Assembly (NCBI GenBank): GCA_036337435.1
Contig: JAYZEG010000011.1
Location: 1 to 64,000 of the forward strand
DNA: 64,000 bases
Direction: 5' to 3'
From: Myxococcota bacterium
GTDB lineage: Bacteria > Myxococcota_A > Bradymonadia > UBA7976 > UBA1532
Below the pieces are notes generated by a model. It was not told where the DNA came from. It saw only the letters and a program-made list of their open reading frames with translations, and ran no database searches. The position numbers and the translations under genes were made by a program. Positions 36,598 through 46,148 of this stretch are shown one piece after another. How positions within the stretch are numbered: the stretch's first letter is position 1; every line of letters begins with the position of its first letter.

Positions 36598-37781
36598 GGC
36601 TCGGTGTTGCCTTGTCCAGATATGCTGTTTGTCAGCGTTCCATCTTCAGCCAAGAATTCGCACCGGCTGTCCTTGCCAAGGCGCTCGCGTTGACCGATGG
36701 CTCGACTCTTAGAAAAGGCGATTAAATCGTATCGGTATATTTTTGAGAAAGCGCGATTTTCTGGCGTTCGGTCACGTTTCTGAAGCTCAAGGGTCTTGAG
36801 CCCAGTGGCGGTACATACTTTAGCGTGGACTCGCCCTTTTTCCTTGAATTGTTCGCTGATGACTCGAGCGGGTGTGAGTGGGCTGGTGAGTTGACTTTCC
36901 GTCTTTTTGAACAAAAACCAGGTTGCCTTGAGTGTCTCTCGTCGCGTGCCCACCTGCGCATCAACGAGTTCCATGAATTCAGGCCGTTCAAACCCCCAGG
37001 TATCGTGGCACCAGTCTGTATCATGCTGCAGCATGGGGCAACCCTCGTCGTGTGGACAAGGGGCAGCGATGTGCCAGCCTTGCTCTACGCATGCATCGCG
37101 AAATTGAATGATATGTCGACTTGGCACCTGGGCCGCCGGCTCGATGACCAGAATTTGCCCTTCCTTTGTGAGTAGACCCTTGAGTTCGCGAGACATGAGT
37201 CGAAGCCGGTCCTCATTCAACTCATTGAGTACGTTCATGCAGAGGACTAAGTCGAAGGGCGGCGGATCATCTAACTGACGCGCGATTCCTCGCGATAAAT
37301 CAACCAGTTTGTAGTCTACATGGTCCAGCTTCAGTGCATCTGACAGACGTCGAGCTGCGTCCAGTGCTTCAGGGACACGGTCGGTGGCGATATGTTCGAT
37401 TTCAACGCCCTGGGTCTCAGCCAGACATCCAAGGGAGGCAATACCCGTTCCTGGACCGCATCCAAGCTCGAGGACACGCAAGGGTCGATCGAGCTTTGGC
37501 AATGGCCCAAGACGCTCAACGATTGCATCCAGCTTTGGTGCTTGTGCACAAACCATATAGGTTGCATATGCAAGACACACGTCTCTGTCTTTTAAATACC
37601 GGGATTTGATAAAGCGCTTTCGGTCGCGAGTCAGTCCGCGATGAAGTTTTTCGAGCCCCCGGGATACTTGGGCCACATGGCGTGAGTCGCATAGCGGCCC
37701 GTAGAGAGCATCGAGTGCGCTTAAAATCTTTGTCGGTACGCTCCGATACGACTCTTTTGATTGGTAGATCCGCCGACTCAT
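36594..37781 (-). CDS. Rsm22/METTL17 family SAM-dependent methyltransferase-like protein
   Basis: VLELGCGPGTG, NVLNEL, ILVIEP, IAAPCPHDEGCPM..DWCH, KGRVHAKVC. Confidence 0.85.
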   Translation of the reverse strand: MSRRIYQSKESYRSVPTKILSALDALYGPLCDSRHVAQVSRGLEKLHRGLTRDRKRFIKSRYLKDRDVCLAYATYMVCAQAPKLDAIVERLGPLPKLDRPLRVLELGCGPGTGIASLGCLAETQGVEIEHIATDRVPEALDAARRLSDALKLDHVDYKLVDLSRGIARQLDDPPPFDLVLCMNVLNELNEDRLRLMSRELKGLLTKEGQILVIEPAAQVPSRHIIQFRDACVEQGWHIAAPCPHDEGCPMLQHDTDWCHDTWGFERPEFMELVDAQVGTRRETLKATWFLFKKTESQLTSPLTPARVISEQFKEKGRVHAKVCTATGLKTLELQKRDRTPENRAFSKIYRYDLIAFSKSRAIGQRERLGKDSRCEFLAEDGTLTNSISGQGNTEP

Positions 37782-39232
37782 CTTCGTCGCAATTCCTGAA
37801 TCAAACTGCGAAGCGCAGTCTTCAGTTTTCGGGCCTTCTTTGTTTTCAGTTCGCCCCGTTCAGTCAGGACATCATATTCGTTCGTTGCAACCTCTAAAGC
37901 GCGCTTTTTATCTGGGCGAGGCGTAGCCCGCAGGAGTCGGGCTAAACGGAGTCCAGAGCTGGCGACATCCAGTCGCAAAGACCAGGTCTTCGCTGATTCG
38001 TCCGACAGTGAATTTGCAAATAAGTATGCCTTTTCAGCGATCTTGCGTGCGTCAATTATTCGGTCCAAACGACCCAGAAGTTGGGCATAGTTTCCCATGG
38101 ATATCAGCTTGGCACGACGTCCCTTTTCCGTCAGAGACTCTGCGGCTTGATAAGCTGATTCATAAGCCGCCAAGGCGCGTTTGTTTTTTTTCGTTTCTGA
38201 ATAAAACGCGCCTTGATGATTGAGTGCGCGCACCCAGGATAGCCGTAATTTTTGCCGCTTCGGGTACTGGGTGACAGTGGCTGCCAGCGTCTTGACAGCG
38301 AGTTGATGAAGACGTTCAGCTTCATCCACATTACCTTTCTTTTGGAACAGGTCAGCCAATCGGGCTCGTCGCGCTGCCAGCATGCCCTGAATTGTAGCAC
38401 TTTTGTCGTCTAATCGAGCACTCACTGCCAGAGCGACCAGCGTTTCTTTTTCGAATTCAATTTGACGTTCTGTGTCATTTTTTTCGCGCGCGAGCTGACT
38501 GGCCGCTTCTGCAATTTGATAGGGCAGTGAATTCAGTCGCCGGTTTTGTTCATCGGCGGTGGTGCCGCTTCGTGACCACGTCAACCCTTTTCGGCTCGCT
38601 GCATAGGATGCATCAAAGTCGTCTTCCAAGCCCGCAGCTTTAGCCACCTGCGCCCAGCCGCGCGCAAGCATCTCTCTGACACTCGCTGATGGCGGAACTG
38701 TTTCCGTTGTCTTGGACACAGCTTCGATCGCTCCCTGTAAAATTGCTCTGGCATCTGGTTCGGCCAGTGCCCCGGCTTCGGCATAGGCCACCGCAGTAGA
38801 AATCCGATCCCGTCGTGCTCTTGTATCCGTCGGTTGTGATTCCAAAAGCATCGTTGCCAGTTTTACGGCCTCGTCAGACCATCGGTATGCTGCCTTAAAA
38901 TCTTTGCGGTGCTTTGTCCAGTGGCTCAACTGTTTCAAAATGACCAGTTTGCTTCGTTTGAGCTTGATGCTGTCCGGACGCTCAAGGATCGCTTCGTCTA
39001 TGGCTTCATACGCAGTCTTATATTCATCTTCCGCATGTCGAAACTGTTTGTTTATGGTGGCTCGCTGTGCTCTCTCCAAAGCTCTGTCGACTCGTGCTTT
39101 TGGACTTTGCTCCCTCTCTTTCATCGCTTCGATGCGTCTAAACTCGCTCCATTTATAGAAGCCGATAGATGCTGCGATAACCACGAAGATCGCCAGTAAC
39201 AGTTTTGCTTGGGTCGGGATTTTTTGTGACAT
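37778..39232 (-). CDS. Membrane-anchored TPR-like all-helical protein
   Basis: N-terminal TM; repeated Ala-rich helical pairs (LADLFQKKGNVDEAERLHQLA, ALAAYESAY, YAQLLGRLDRIIDA). Confidence 0.75.
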   Translation of the reverse strand: MSQKIPTQAKLLLAIFVVIAASIGFYKWSEFRRIEAMKEREQSPKARVDRALERAQRATINKQFRHAEDEYKTAYEAIDEAILERPDSIKLKRSKLVILKQLSHWTKHRKDFKAAYRWSDEAVKLATMLLESQPTDTRARRDRISTAVAYAEAGALAEPDARAILQGAIEAVSKTTETVPPSASVREMLARGWAQVAKAAGLEDDFDASYAASRKGLTWSRSGTTADEQNRRLNSLPYQIAEAASQLAREKNDTERQIEFEKETLVALAVSARLDDKSATIQGMLAARRARLADLFQKKGNVDEAERLHQLAVKTLAATVTQYPKRQKLRLSWVRALNHQGAFYSETKKNKRALAAYESAYQAAESLTEKGRRAKLISMGNYAQLLGRLDRIIDARKIAEKAYLFANSLSDESAKTWSLRLDVASSGLRLARLLRATPRPDKKRALEVATNEYDVLTERGELKTKKARKLKTALRSLIQELRRR

Positions 39233-39247
39233 ATTGAGCAGTCTAAC

Positions 39248-40762
39248 CTAGCCGCGGTCGTGCGGCCATCTCCAAACGAATGTCTTTTGATTTGAGGGCC
39301 CTGCGCAGGGGAAGTCAATGGCGGGCGGACAGACTCTCTCCAATTTCAGAGAGGAGGCCCCTTTTTGGACCAGCTTCGCAAATTGCAGGGGTTTGAGTCC
39401 GCGATGATTGGTCGATGTCCACAGGAGTCCATTTGGCGCGAGAAGCTGCGTTGCGAGCCGAACCAGTTCTGGGTAATCATTACGTGCAGACCATCGTTTC
39501 TTTTTTGAGCCAACACTTGTACTCGGTGGGTCGAGAATCACAAGGTCGAACCGAGCCCCGCGCTTTGCCAATTTCGGTAGCCATTGGAAAACATCGCCGT
39601 AAATCCAGTCGTGTCGGTCTGTATCGATCCCAAGATGAGCCATTTGCTTCGGGATGAATCCGGTCCAAAATTTTGACAGATCGATGCTCACGGTCTCGGC
39701 ACCGCCGATGGCTGCGGCAATGCTGAACGCGCCTGCGTGACCAAAGGTGTTCAACACCCGCATCCCTTTTGCATGCTCCGCTAACCAGGCCCGCTGAGGT
39801 CTCTGATCCAAAAACAAACCCGTCGACAGTTGTTGTCCTAAGGTGACACAGTACGGAACGCCATGCTCTAGTACTTGTATCGTTTGAGCTGCGGGCGTTC
39901 CATGGATCAAGGTGGGCTTACTCTGGCCGCCATGTGATCGATCTTTCTGTCCTTTGGTTAAGTAGACACCTTTTGATTGGCTCAACGGGAATTCTTTCGC
40001 ATCAGCGTCTTGCTGAACCCAAAGAAAATCGCCGAAGCGGTCTACATACCAACCAGGCTGTCCGTCGGCAGCACCATGTATTTCTCTAAAACATGTGGTC
40101 GTTTCATCGGTTCGTAAGTCATGCCTCAACGCCGCAGGGTCTGCTCGAAGACCTGTGGCGAAATCTGCTGGAGGCGGGCTTACCCACTTGGGTCCATCGG
40201 GAAGTTGCAACGAATGGCAGTGCAAAAGTGTTCTTGGAGCCCGTCTATCCAGTGGGTCACCGTATCGTCCGTCTCCTCGTATTGGATGACCATTGGCTGC
40301 TAGATGAATCCTGATTTGGTGTCGCCGACCCGTCACAGGTTCGCACTCAACTACAATCCCAGCGGGTGACTTTGAGACGACATGGAACCGAGTTAATGCT
40401 GTCTTATGTCCCGGTCCTGGCATAGGGCTGTCCATAGACCCGTTATTTGGTAAGTCCCAGGCATCAACAATGGCCAAATACCGTTTCTTTAACGTTCGCC
40501 GTTCCAGCGTCTCTTGTAGTTTTTTTGCGCCGGTTGAGCTGACAGAGAGAATCAACAACCCAGTGGTGTCGACATCGAGTCGCTGATGAACGCCGACTGG
40601 GATCGTGCACCACTCGGTGACACTGGGCCGTTGGCTCTGCCCGTCGGGGTGGGTCAGCCAGCCTGCTGGCTTTGAAACCACCCACAGGTCATCGTCGCGG
40701 TGCACGGTGACTGGCGTCTGGCCCGGGATTGGCAGCGAGTCAGGGTATTTGGGCTTCAACAT
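39248..40762 (-). CDS. Fusion of RluA-family pseudouridine synthase and RlmK/RlmI-like rRNA methyltransferase
   Basis: N-terminal KPAG, HQRLDVDTTG, TGRRHQIR, LHCHSL. C-terminal STGLFLDQR, VLNTFGHAGAFS, FDLVILDPPS. Confidence 0.9.
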   Translation of the reverse strand: MLKPKYPDSLPIPGQTPVTVHRDDDLWVVSKPAGWLTHPDGQSQRPSVTEWCTIPVGVHQRLDVDTTGLLILSVSSTGAKKLQETLERRTLKKRYLAIVDAWDLPNNGSMDSPMPGPGHKTALTRFHVVSKSPAGIVVECEPVTGRRHQIRIHLAANGHPIRGDGRYGDPLDRRAPRTLLHCHSLQLPDGPKWVSPPPADFATGLRADPAALRHDLRTDETTTCFREIHGAADGQPGWYVDRFGDFLWVQQDADAKEFPLSQSKGVYLTKGQKDRSHGGQSKPTLIHGTPAAQTIQVLEHGVPYCVTLGQQLSTGLFLDQRPQRAWLAEHAKGMRVLNTFGHAGAFSIAAAIGGAETVSIDLSKFWTGFIPKQMAHLGIDTDRHDWIYGDVFQWLPKLAKRGARFDLVILDPPSTSVGSKKKRWSARNDYPELVRLATQLLAPNGLLWTSTNHRGLKPLQFAKLVQKGASSLKLERVCPPAIDFPCAGPSNQKTFVWRWPHDRG

Positions 40763-40776
40763 GGGTCAGCTCAGCT

Positions 40777-41349
40777 TCAGCGTTCTACACACTCTCCATC
40801 CACGCAAGAGCGCAGAAGGCCACAGGTGTCCATCGTCTCATCGCAGGCGACATCTGTCTGGTTGGACACACAAATACCCGTGCTGGCACAGAAAGGTCTT
40901 GGCTGAACACATTCACCGTCGTCACGGCATTCCACACAGGTTCCAATTTGACTGTCGCCAAGAACCAGGCACTGCGCTCGATTTGGATCTTGGCAGTCGA
41001 GTGGGTCGCGACAAATATCCTGTGATTCAGTAGTGCACAGGCTATCTATGCCGCAGAATGGTCGTTCCATTGGGCAATAGGTATTGTCAAGACACTCGGC
41101 GCATACCCCACCGAGACCATCGTCGCCCACCAGGCAAATCAAGCTCGGGTCGCCGCAGTCATCATCGTTCATGCAGCCTGACATCATCACGGCATCTACA
41201 TCACCTCGGTCGGCTTCGATACCGGCATCCTCGACGGATAGATCCAGCTCGAATGTTGCGTCTGTACCACCCAGAAAGTCATCATCGGGCTCGCAACCCG
41301 TGCAGATCCAGATGCTCAGCAGCATAATGATTGGTCGTTGAAGATTCAT
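40777..41349 (-). CDS. Small lipoprotein with myxobacterial Cys-rich repeats
   Basis: ATG 41349 with AAGGAGG RBS; lipobox CTGC; CAECLDNTYC..RPFC and CVECRDDGEC..RPFC repeats. Confidence 0.82.
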   Translation of the reverse strand: MNLQRPIIMLLSIWICTGCEPDDDFLGGTDATFELDLSVEDAGIEADRGDVDAVMMSGCMNDDDCGDPSLICLVGDDGLGGVCAECLDNTYCPMERPFCGIDSLCTTESQDICRDPLDCQDPNRAQCLVLGDSQIGTCVECRDDGECVQPRPFCASTGICVSNQTDVACDETMDTCGLLRSCVDGECVER

Positions 41350-41394
41350 GGCACCTCCTTTAGTTTTGGTTCTTAGGTCAGAGTTCAATTGCAT

Positions 41395-42282
41395 TCAAGT
41401 ATTGATTATGTGATCGACCACGGCGTCGGCCGCCTCCAGTGGCAAAAAGTGACCTGCTGATTGAAGTCTGCTCACCGGATAGGCAACCGAATCGAATAAG
41501 GATTGATGAATGCATCGGTCATCTGTTCCTACCAAACAGCTGACGGCGTGCTGAGGTGCCTTATTCATCAGGCTCCACGTGGCTTTACCGTGGGGACCGA
41601 GGAATGGGACGTTGTGCCGGTAATAAGAAAGAGCCGCCTCCAATCGACCTCTTTCTCTCAAGGTCGATTTGACCTGTTCGATTCGGTCTCTCGGTGGGGT
41701 CCAGCTGGGACTCCATCTTGTCCAAAGGTCATCAATGAGGCGGAGGCCACGCTTACGAATAAACCAATCAGCCCAAGACCCAGCTTGAAAAAAAAGCATG
41801 TAACGGCTGCGAAAGAGTTGGGCTGAAACGGGCAGCGTTGATCTCAGGAAAATCGGTATCGGTGGTACGGATAAGGCAACAACTTGAGAGATCCGTTCGC
41901 AGCCAAGTGCGCTTACGGCGTATGCGATCACAGCACCCCAGTCGTGACCCACCAAGGTGCACTCTCTCGCATCGATCACCTCGAGTAGCTCAATCAGGTC
42001 AGCGGCCAGTACAGAGAGGTCATAGCGGCCGTCCCAAGCGAGTGCTGATGGCGCATATCCCCGCAAAAAAGGAGCCCAAACAGTGTGGCCCAGATGGGCA
42101 AGCCGGGTGGCCATGATCTGCATCGACCAGGCGTTGTCAGGAAATCCATGCAAGAGCACGATGTGTCGAGGCCCATCTCCCCAGCGGAGGACATGCAAGT
42201 GTTGCTTACGGCAATTGAAATCGAGTTCGACAGGCCGGTGCCCACGCGAGTTGATTATTGGATTTGAATCGGGGGGGGTCAC
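41395..42282 (-). CDS. Alpha/beta hydrolase, epoxide-hydrolase-like
   Basis: LLHGFPD oxyanion motif, GHDWGA (Asp nucleophile), YYR, AGHF. Confidence 0.9.
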   Translation of the reverse strand: MTPPDSNPIINSRGHRPVELDFNCRKQHLHVLRWGDGPRHIVLLHGFPDNAWSMQIMATRLAHLGHTVWAPFLRGYAPSALAWDGRYDLSVLAADLIELLEVIDARECTLVGHDWGAVIAYAVSALGCERISQVVALSVPPIPIFLRSTLPVSAQLFRSRYMLFFQAGSWADWFIRKRGLRLIDDLWTRWSPSWTPPRDRIEQVKSTLRERGRLEAALSYYRHNVPFLGPHGKATWSLMNKAPQHAVSCLVGTDDRCIHQSLFDSVAYPVSRLQSAGHFLPLEAADAVVDHIINT

Positions 42283-42359
42283 TCAAAATTCCTTTAACGA
42301 AAACGTTTCAATGTGTTCTGGTCAGCCGGGTCTATCCGTGGCTCAAAGCATTGTGGAGA

Positions 42360-43073
42360 CTAAGCCTTTGGACGTCCGTCAGCGAAACAGAGCTGTTCAA
42401 GTGCAATGCTGGCTGTCGTTCGCAAGGTCAGATCATACAGCGCAGATAAGGGCGTCACCTCCGGATTAATTTCTATACAGAGCGCACCCGCGTCTTTGGC
42501 GAGTAATGGCAGTTGTGCGGCTGGATAGACGACAGCTGACGTGCCAATACTGACGAATAGATCACAATCGGAAATCGCTGTGACTGCACTGGTGATCGTC
42601 GTTTCGTTGAGCATGTCTCCAAACCACACAATGTCGGGTCGCCAAAAAGACCCATCGGATTGCTTCGCGTCGAAAGGAGTGTCTCGGGTCATTTTTGATC
42701 GACCGGTTCGGTCGTCTCTTACTCGCCATAGACTTCCGTGGAGTTCTATGACCGATTTGGATCCCGCCAGTTGATGAAGTCCGTCGATGTTTTGCGTGAC
42801 AACCGTTACGGAGGGACATTTTTTTTCGCAAGCGGCGATTGCAAAATGACCCCGATTTGGTTCGCATTCGCTCACCAGCTTTCGACGGTAGTTGTGGAAG
42901 TCCCATACTGCGCCGGGATCTCTATCAAAAGCGTCCTGGCATGCGTAGCTCAAGTAGTCGTATTCTTTCCAAATGCCTCCAGCACCTCGATAGGTTGGAA
43001 CGCCACTTTCAGCGGACATCCCTGCTCCTGTAAAAAAGACGATTCGGTCGAAATCAGCGGTGTTGACGTCCAT
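42360..43073 (-). CDS. cobB: NAD-dependent protein deacylase (sirtuin, CobB-like) lacking Zn-ribbon cysteines
   Basis: TGAGMSAESGVPTYR, TQNIDGLHQ, ELHGS, RPDIVWFG, IGTSAVVYPAA, EINP. Confidence 0.9.
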   Translation of the reverse strand: MDVNTADFDRIVFFTGAGMSAESGVPTYRGAGGIWKEYDYLSYACQDAFDRDPGAVWDFHNYRRKLVSECEPNRGHFAIAACEKKCPSVTVVTQNIDGLHQLAGSKSVIELHGSLWRVRDDRTGRSKMTRDTPFDAKQSDGSFWRPDIVWFGDMLNETTITSAVTAISDCDLFVSIGTSAVVYPAAQLPLLAKDAGALCIEINPEVTPLSALYDLTLRTTASIALEQLCFADGRPKA

Positions 43074-43140
43074 CAATCAGCCACTCCCTAAGTTTTTATG
43101 CAGCAAAGGTCCACTTCAAGTCGAAGTGTTGCTATCATCC

Positions 43141-44736
43141 ATGGCAATGGAGAACCTATCAAGCCCCCAATCGAAAGGTGTCGTGTCCGCTGGTGATGCC
43201 CAGACGGCCGAAGCCGGTAAAATCATCTTGGAGCAAGGTGGGAACGCCTTCGATGCGGTTGTTGCATCTGGTTTTGCTGCATTCGTCTGTGAAGTTGCTC
43301 TATGCGGCCCACTTGGCGGTGGGGTTATGCTGGCAAAAACAGCTCAGGGGACAACCCAATCGGTCGAGTTTTTTGGACGAACGCCAGGCCTCGGGGGGCC
43401 TCAGCCGAGCCAGCTTGATTTTGGCGAAGAGACCATTGATTTTGGGGTGACAACCCAAAGTTTTAAAGTCGGCAAGGGGGCTGCAGCTCTGGGCCTTGCG
43501 CTACCTGGCTTGGTCGATATCCATAAGAAATGGGGACGGTTACCCTTACATCGGGTGGCTGAACCCGCCGTTCGTCTCGGCCGAGATGGATTTGTTGTCG
43601 GTGCGCCAATGGCCTATATCCTCGAGTTGATCTCGCCGATTTTTTCTTGGACACCAGAGTCGAAGGCCTTGGTCCATATCGATGGACGGCTCCCCACCGC
43701 GGGCGAGCGCATGTTTAACGCAGACCTTGCAACCGTGTTGGAGGATATCGCTGATAATCCATCTGAGCTTCAGGGGCTATACGCGGATTTTGCGCGTCAT
43801 TTCGGGCCATCGCAGGGTGGACTCATCACGGCCCGTGATTTAACGAGTTATGAAATTGAATACGCAGACCCGATCGCTGTGAGAATGCGAGATTGGAGCC
43901 TGGCTACGATGCCATCACCCTCAAGCGGTGGTTCATTGATCGCGTTGGGCCTACGTTTACTCGAAGGCCTCGGTGATGACACTCGGTTCCTATCGTTAGA
44001 TCACCTCGTTCAAGTCGCTTTGACACAGAGGATGCTGCTCGATGTTCGGACGCCAGAATTCGATGAACAACTGCGAGACCCCGCATTTATCAAGTCGTTG
44101 TTGTCGAGGTCGAATGTCAACCGCTTGCGGGAGTGCCTTGCTCGACCACCCATCGCGAGGCCCGACAATCATCTCGGTTCGACGACTCAGATTAGCGTGA
44201 TCGATAAAGAGGGCGGTGTGGCGGCGATGACCTTGACCAATGGTGAAGGCTGCGGCTGTGTCATTCCTGGCACAGGTATTGAAGTGAACAATCTACTTGG
44301 TGAAGCCGATATCAACCCACGGGGCTTTCATTGTGACCCGCCCGGAACTCGTATGTCGACAATGATGGCACCGACGGTTGGCCTCAATGGTCAGGGAGAC
44401 TTAATCGCCTTGGGCAGTGGTGGTTCAAATCGACTCCGCAATGCCATCATGATGACCCTTTGCAATCTCATCGAATACGGCTGTAGTCCGGCCGACGCGG
44501 TGTCAGCGCCCCGTTTGCACCTTGATGCGTCCGATGGTGACTTTGAACTAAACGTTGAAGTTGCAGAGCACCATGACGACATGTTGGATGGTCTGAGAGA
44601 AGTTTTTCCAAAGTTGGTCCGCTTTCCGGGACGAAACATGTTTTTTGGCGGCGTACACACAGCCCTATCACTCAATGGCCAACTCAGTGGCATAGGGGAC
44701 GCTCGTCGTGGAGGCTGTTCTGCCATTGCTCGCTGA
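43141..44736 (+). CDS. ggt: Gamma-glutamyltransferase family protein
   Basis: GGNAFDAVVA, LGGG, PSSGG, GSTTQISVID (Thr nucleophile), NNLLGE, GSGGS, APRLH, GDARRGG. Confidence 0.88.
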   Translation: MAMENLSSPQSKGVVSAGDAQTAEAGKIILEQGGNAFDAVVASGFAAFVCEVALCGPLGGGVMLAKTAQGTTQSVEFFGRTPGLGGPQPSQLDFGEETIDFGVTTQSFKVGKGAAALGLALPGLVDIHKKWGRLPLHRVAEPAVRLGRDGFVVGAPMAYILELISPIFSWTPESKALVHIDGRLPTAGERMFNADLATVLEDIADNPSELQGLYADFARHFGPSQGGLITARDLTSYEIEYADPIAVRMRDWSLATMPSPSSGGSLIALGLRLLEGLGDDTRFLSLDHLVQVALTQRMLLDVRTPEFDEQLRDPAFIKSLLSRSNVNRLRECLARPPIARPDNHLGSTTQISVIDKEGGVAAMTLTNGEGCGCVIPGTGIEVNNLLGEADINPRGFHCDPPGTRMSTMMAPTVGLNGQGDLIALGSGGSNRLRNAIMMTLCNLIEYGCSPADAVSAPRLHLDASDGDFELNVEVAEHHDDMLDGLREVFPKLVRFPGRNMFFGGVHTALSLNGQLSGIGDARRGGCSAIAR

Positions 44737-44939
44737 GTTTCTTGGCGAACCGTCGGCCGGATAGCCCACTCTCGTACCTTTAGAGGGCCTGTTCATCTCG
44801 AGTTGATAGGCGGTCTGAATCGAGTCCTATCCTCAGAGTAATCTCAAGTGGGTCATCTCCGTCACACCTTTCCATCAAGACGAGTCCTCCGAGTCTCGCT
44901 CCAAGGCTGTTTAACTCGGTATTCGAACTCAGCGGGTTT

Positions 44940-44956
44940 CTGGCATAGGCGTTGCA
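44940..44956 (+). promoter_or_regulatory. Sigma54 (-24/-12) promoter
   Basis: CTGGCATAGGCGTTGCA: GG-N10-GC with TTGCA, 40 nt upstream of ATG 44997. Confidence 0.72.
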
Positions 44957-44996
44957 ATCCTTGGATTCCATCCGCAGCTCATTCAGAAGGAACACC

Positions 44997-46148
44997 ATGA
45001 TGATGCGCCAACTCTGGTTCTCCCCTATGATTTTATTCATGTCGGTGGGTTGCTCTGACCCGTATCACGACTTCAACTCGCATCCAGACGGGCAGTTTGC
45101 CAACGGATCCCGATTCGTCGACAAGAGTCGCCTTGGGCAAGGGCATGCCTACATCGGCGATGCGTGCTCAATGGGCTGTGTCTGGTCTAAGTATGCCATC
45201 GATGTAGGTGCTCAAAGTCCCACGCACGATTGTTTTGGCGACCGATGTGCTTGTGTGGAATTCGGCAACGTCTATTCAGCGTGCGTCGCCGATGTCGATA
45301 CCGAAGGCCAGCCAAACCCCGACTCTGAGCCGGTCTCGTGGTTTGGAGATGATAACGGACACCAGCCGGGGGTCGGAGATACGTGTGCGATGGGTTGTCT
45401 TTGGTCTGCCTACGCAGTGTCTATGGGTGCTCAATCGCCAACTGAACAATGTGATATAGGGCCGTGTGCCTGTGTTCTCCAGGGTAATATTTGGTTTGAC
45501 TGTCAGTCGTCGGAATCCGGCGGTGCTTGGCGCCCAGACGACGCTGAACCGGCCCCTCCGGCAGCTTCGCCACAGGCAGACTCTCAAGCTGGGCCAGAGT
45601 CCTATTCGAGTCCATCATCTGGTCGGGCCCATGTGCCGTATTTTTGTCAATATCGTAATCAATTACAGGGGTGGGCCACCTGCCAAAATACATCCATTGC
45701 AATGATTTTAGCCAAGCATGGCTGGAGGGGCGTTCCTGATGATATCACTCGGATTTACGGCCGCTTCACCGCACAAAGCCCGAGCGGCCTGGCCAATGTT
45801 TTTAATTTGATGGCCTCGGATGCAGGGCTATCGGTGCGAGCTACACCCGTAACAAATGGACGTTTATCGGAGCTACGTGCAGAGTTATCCGCGGGTCGGC
45901 CAGTGATTATTCACGGCTATTTCACAGCTGGGCATGTGATCGTTGTTACAGGATTTGATTCAAATGGATACTATGTCAATGACCCAGCGGGTCGCTGGAA
46001 CGAGGTTTTTATGGGCGGATATCCGTCGTGGTGTTCTGCGACCGAGGGACAGGGTCTCTATTACTCGAAAGCCGCATTCGAAACCGCTGTGTCCAGAGCG
46101 GAAGATGGCCATACTCAACTCCCCCTGTGGTTTCATAAATTTCGTTAG
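44997..46148 (+). CDS. Lipoprotein with two Cys-rich repeats and a C-terminal C39-like cysteine peptidase
   Basis: Lipobox SVGC; VPYFCQY...TCQNTSIAMIL, GRPVIIHG, AGHVIVVTGFD, YVNDP (Q/C/H/D catalytic set). Confidence 0.85.
   Translation: MMMRQLWFSPMILFMSVGCSDPYHDFNSHPDGQFANGSRFVDKSRLGQGHAYIGDACSMGCVWSKYAIDVGAQSPTHDCFGDRCACVEFGNVYSACVADVDTEGQPNPDSEPVSWFGDDNGHQPGVGDTCAMGCLWSAYAVSMGAQSPTEQCDIGPCACVLQGNIWFDCQSSESGGAWRPDDAEPAPPAASPQADSQAGPESYSSPSSGRAHVPYFCQYRNQLQGWATCQNTSIAMILAKHGWRGVPDDITRIYGRFTAQSPSGLANVFNLMASDAGLSVRATPVTNGRLSELRAELSAGRPVIIHGYFTAGHVIVVTGFDSNGYYVNDPAGRWNEVFMGGYPSWCSATEGQGLYYSKAAFETAVSRAEDGHTQLPLWFHKFR

Noticed and set aside
40777..41349. traA (outer-membrane exchange receptor) call
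   Set aside because: Has similar Cys repeats but no PA14-like variable domain, no MYXO-CTERM tail and no adjacent traB.
42360..43073. Sir2-type anti-phage defence gene (ThsA/DSR)
   Set aside because: Short canonical CobB-like motifs, with no defence partner genes nearby.
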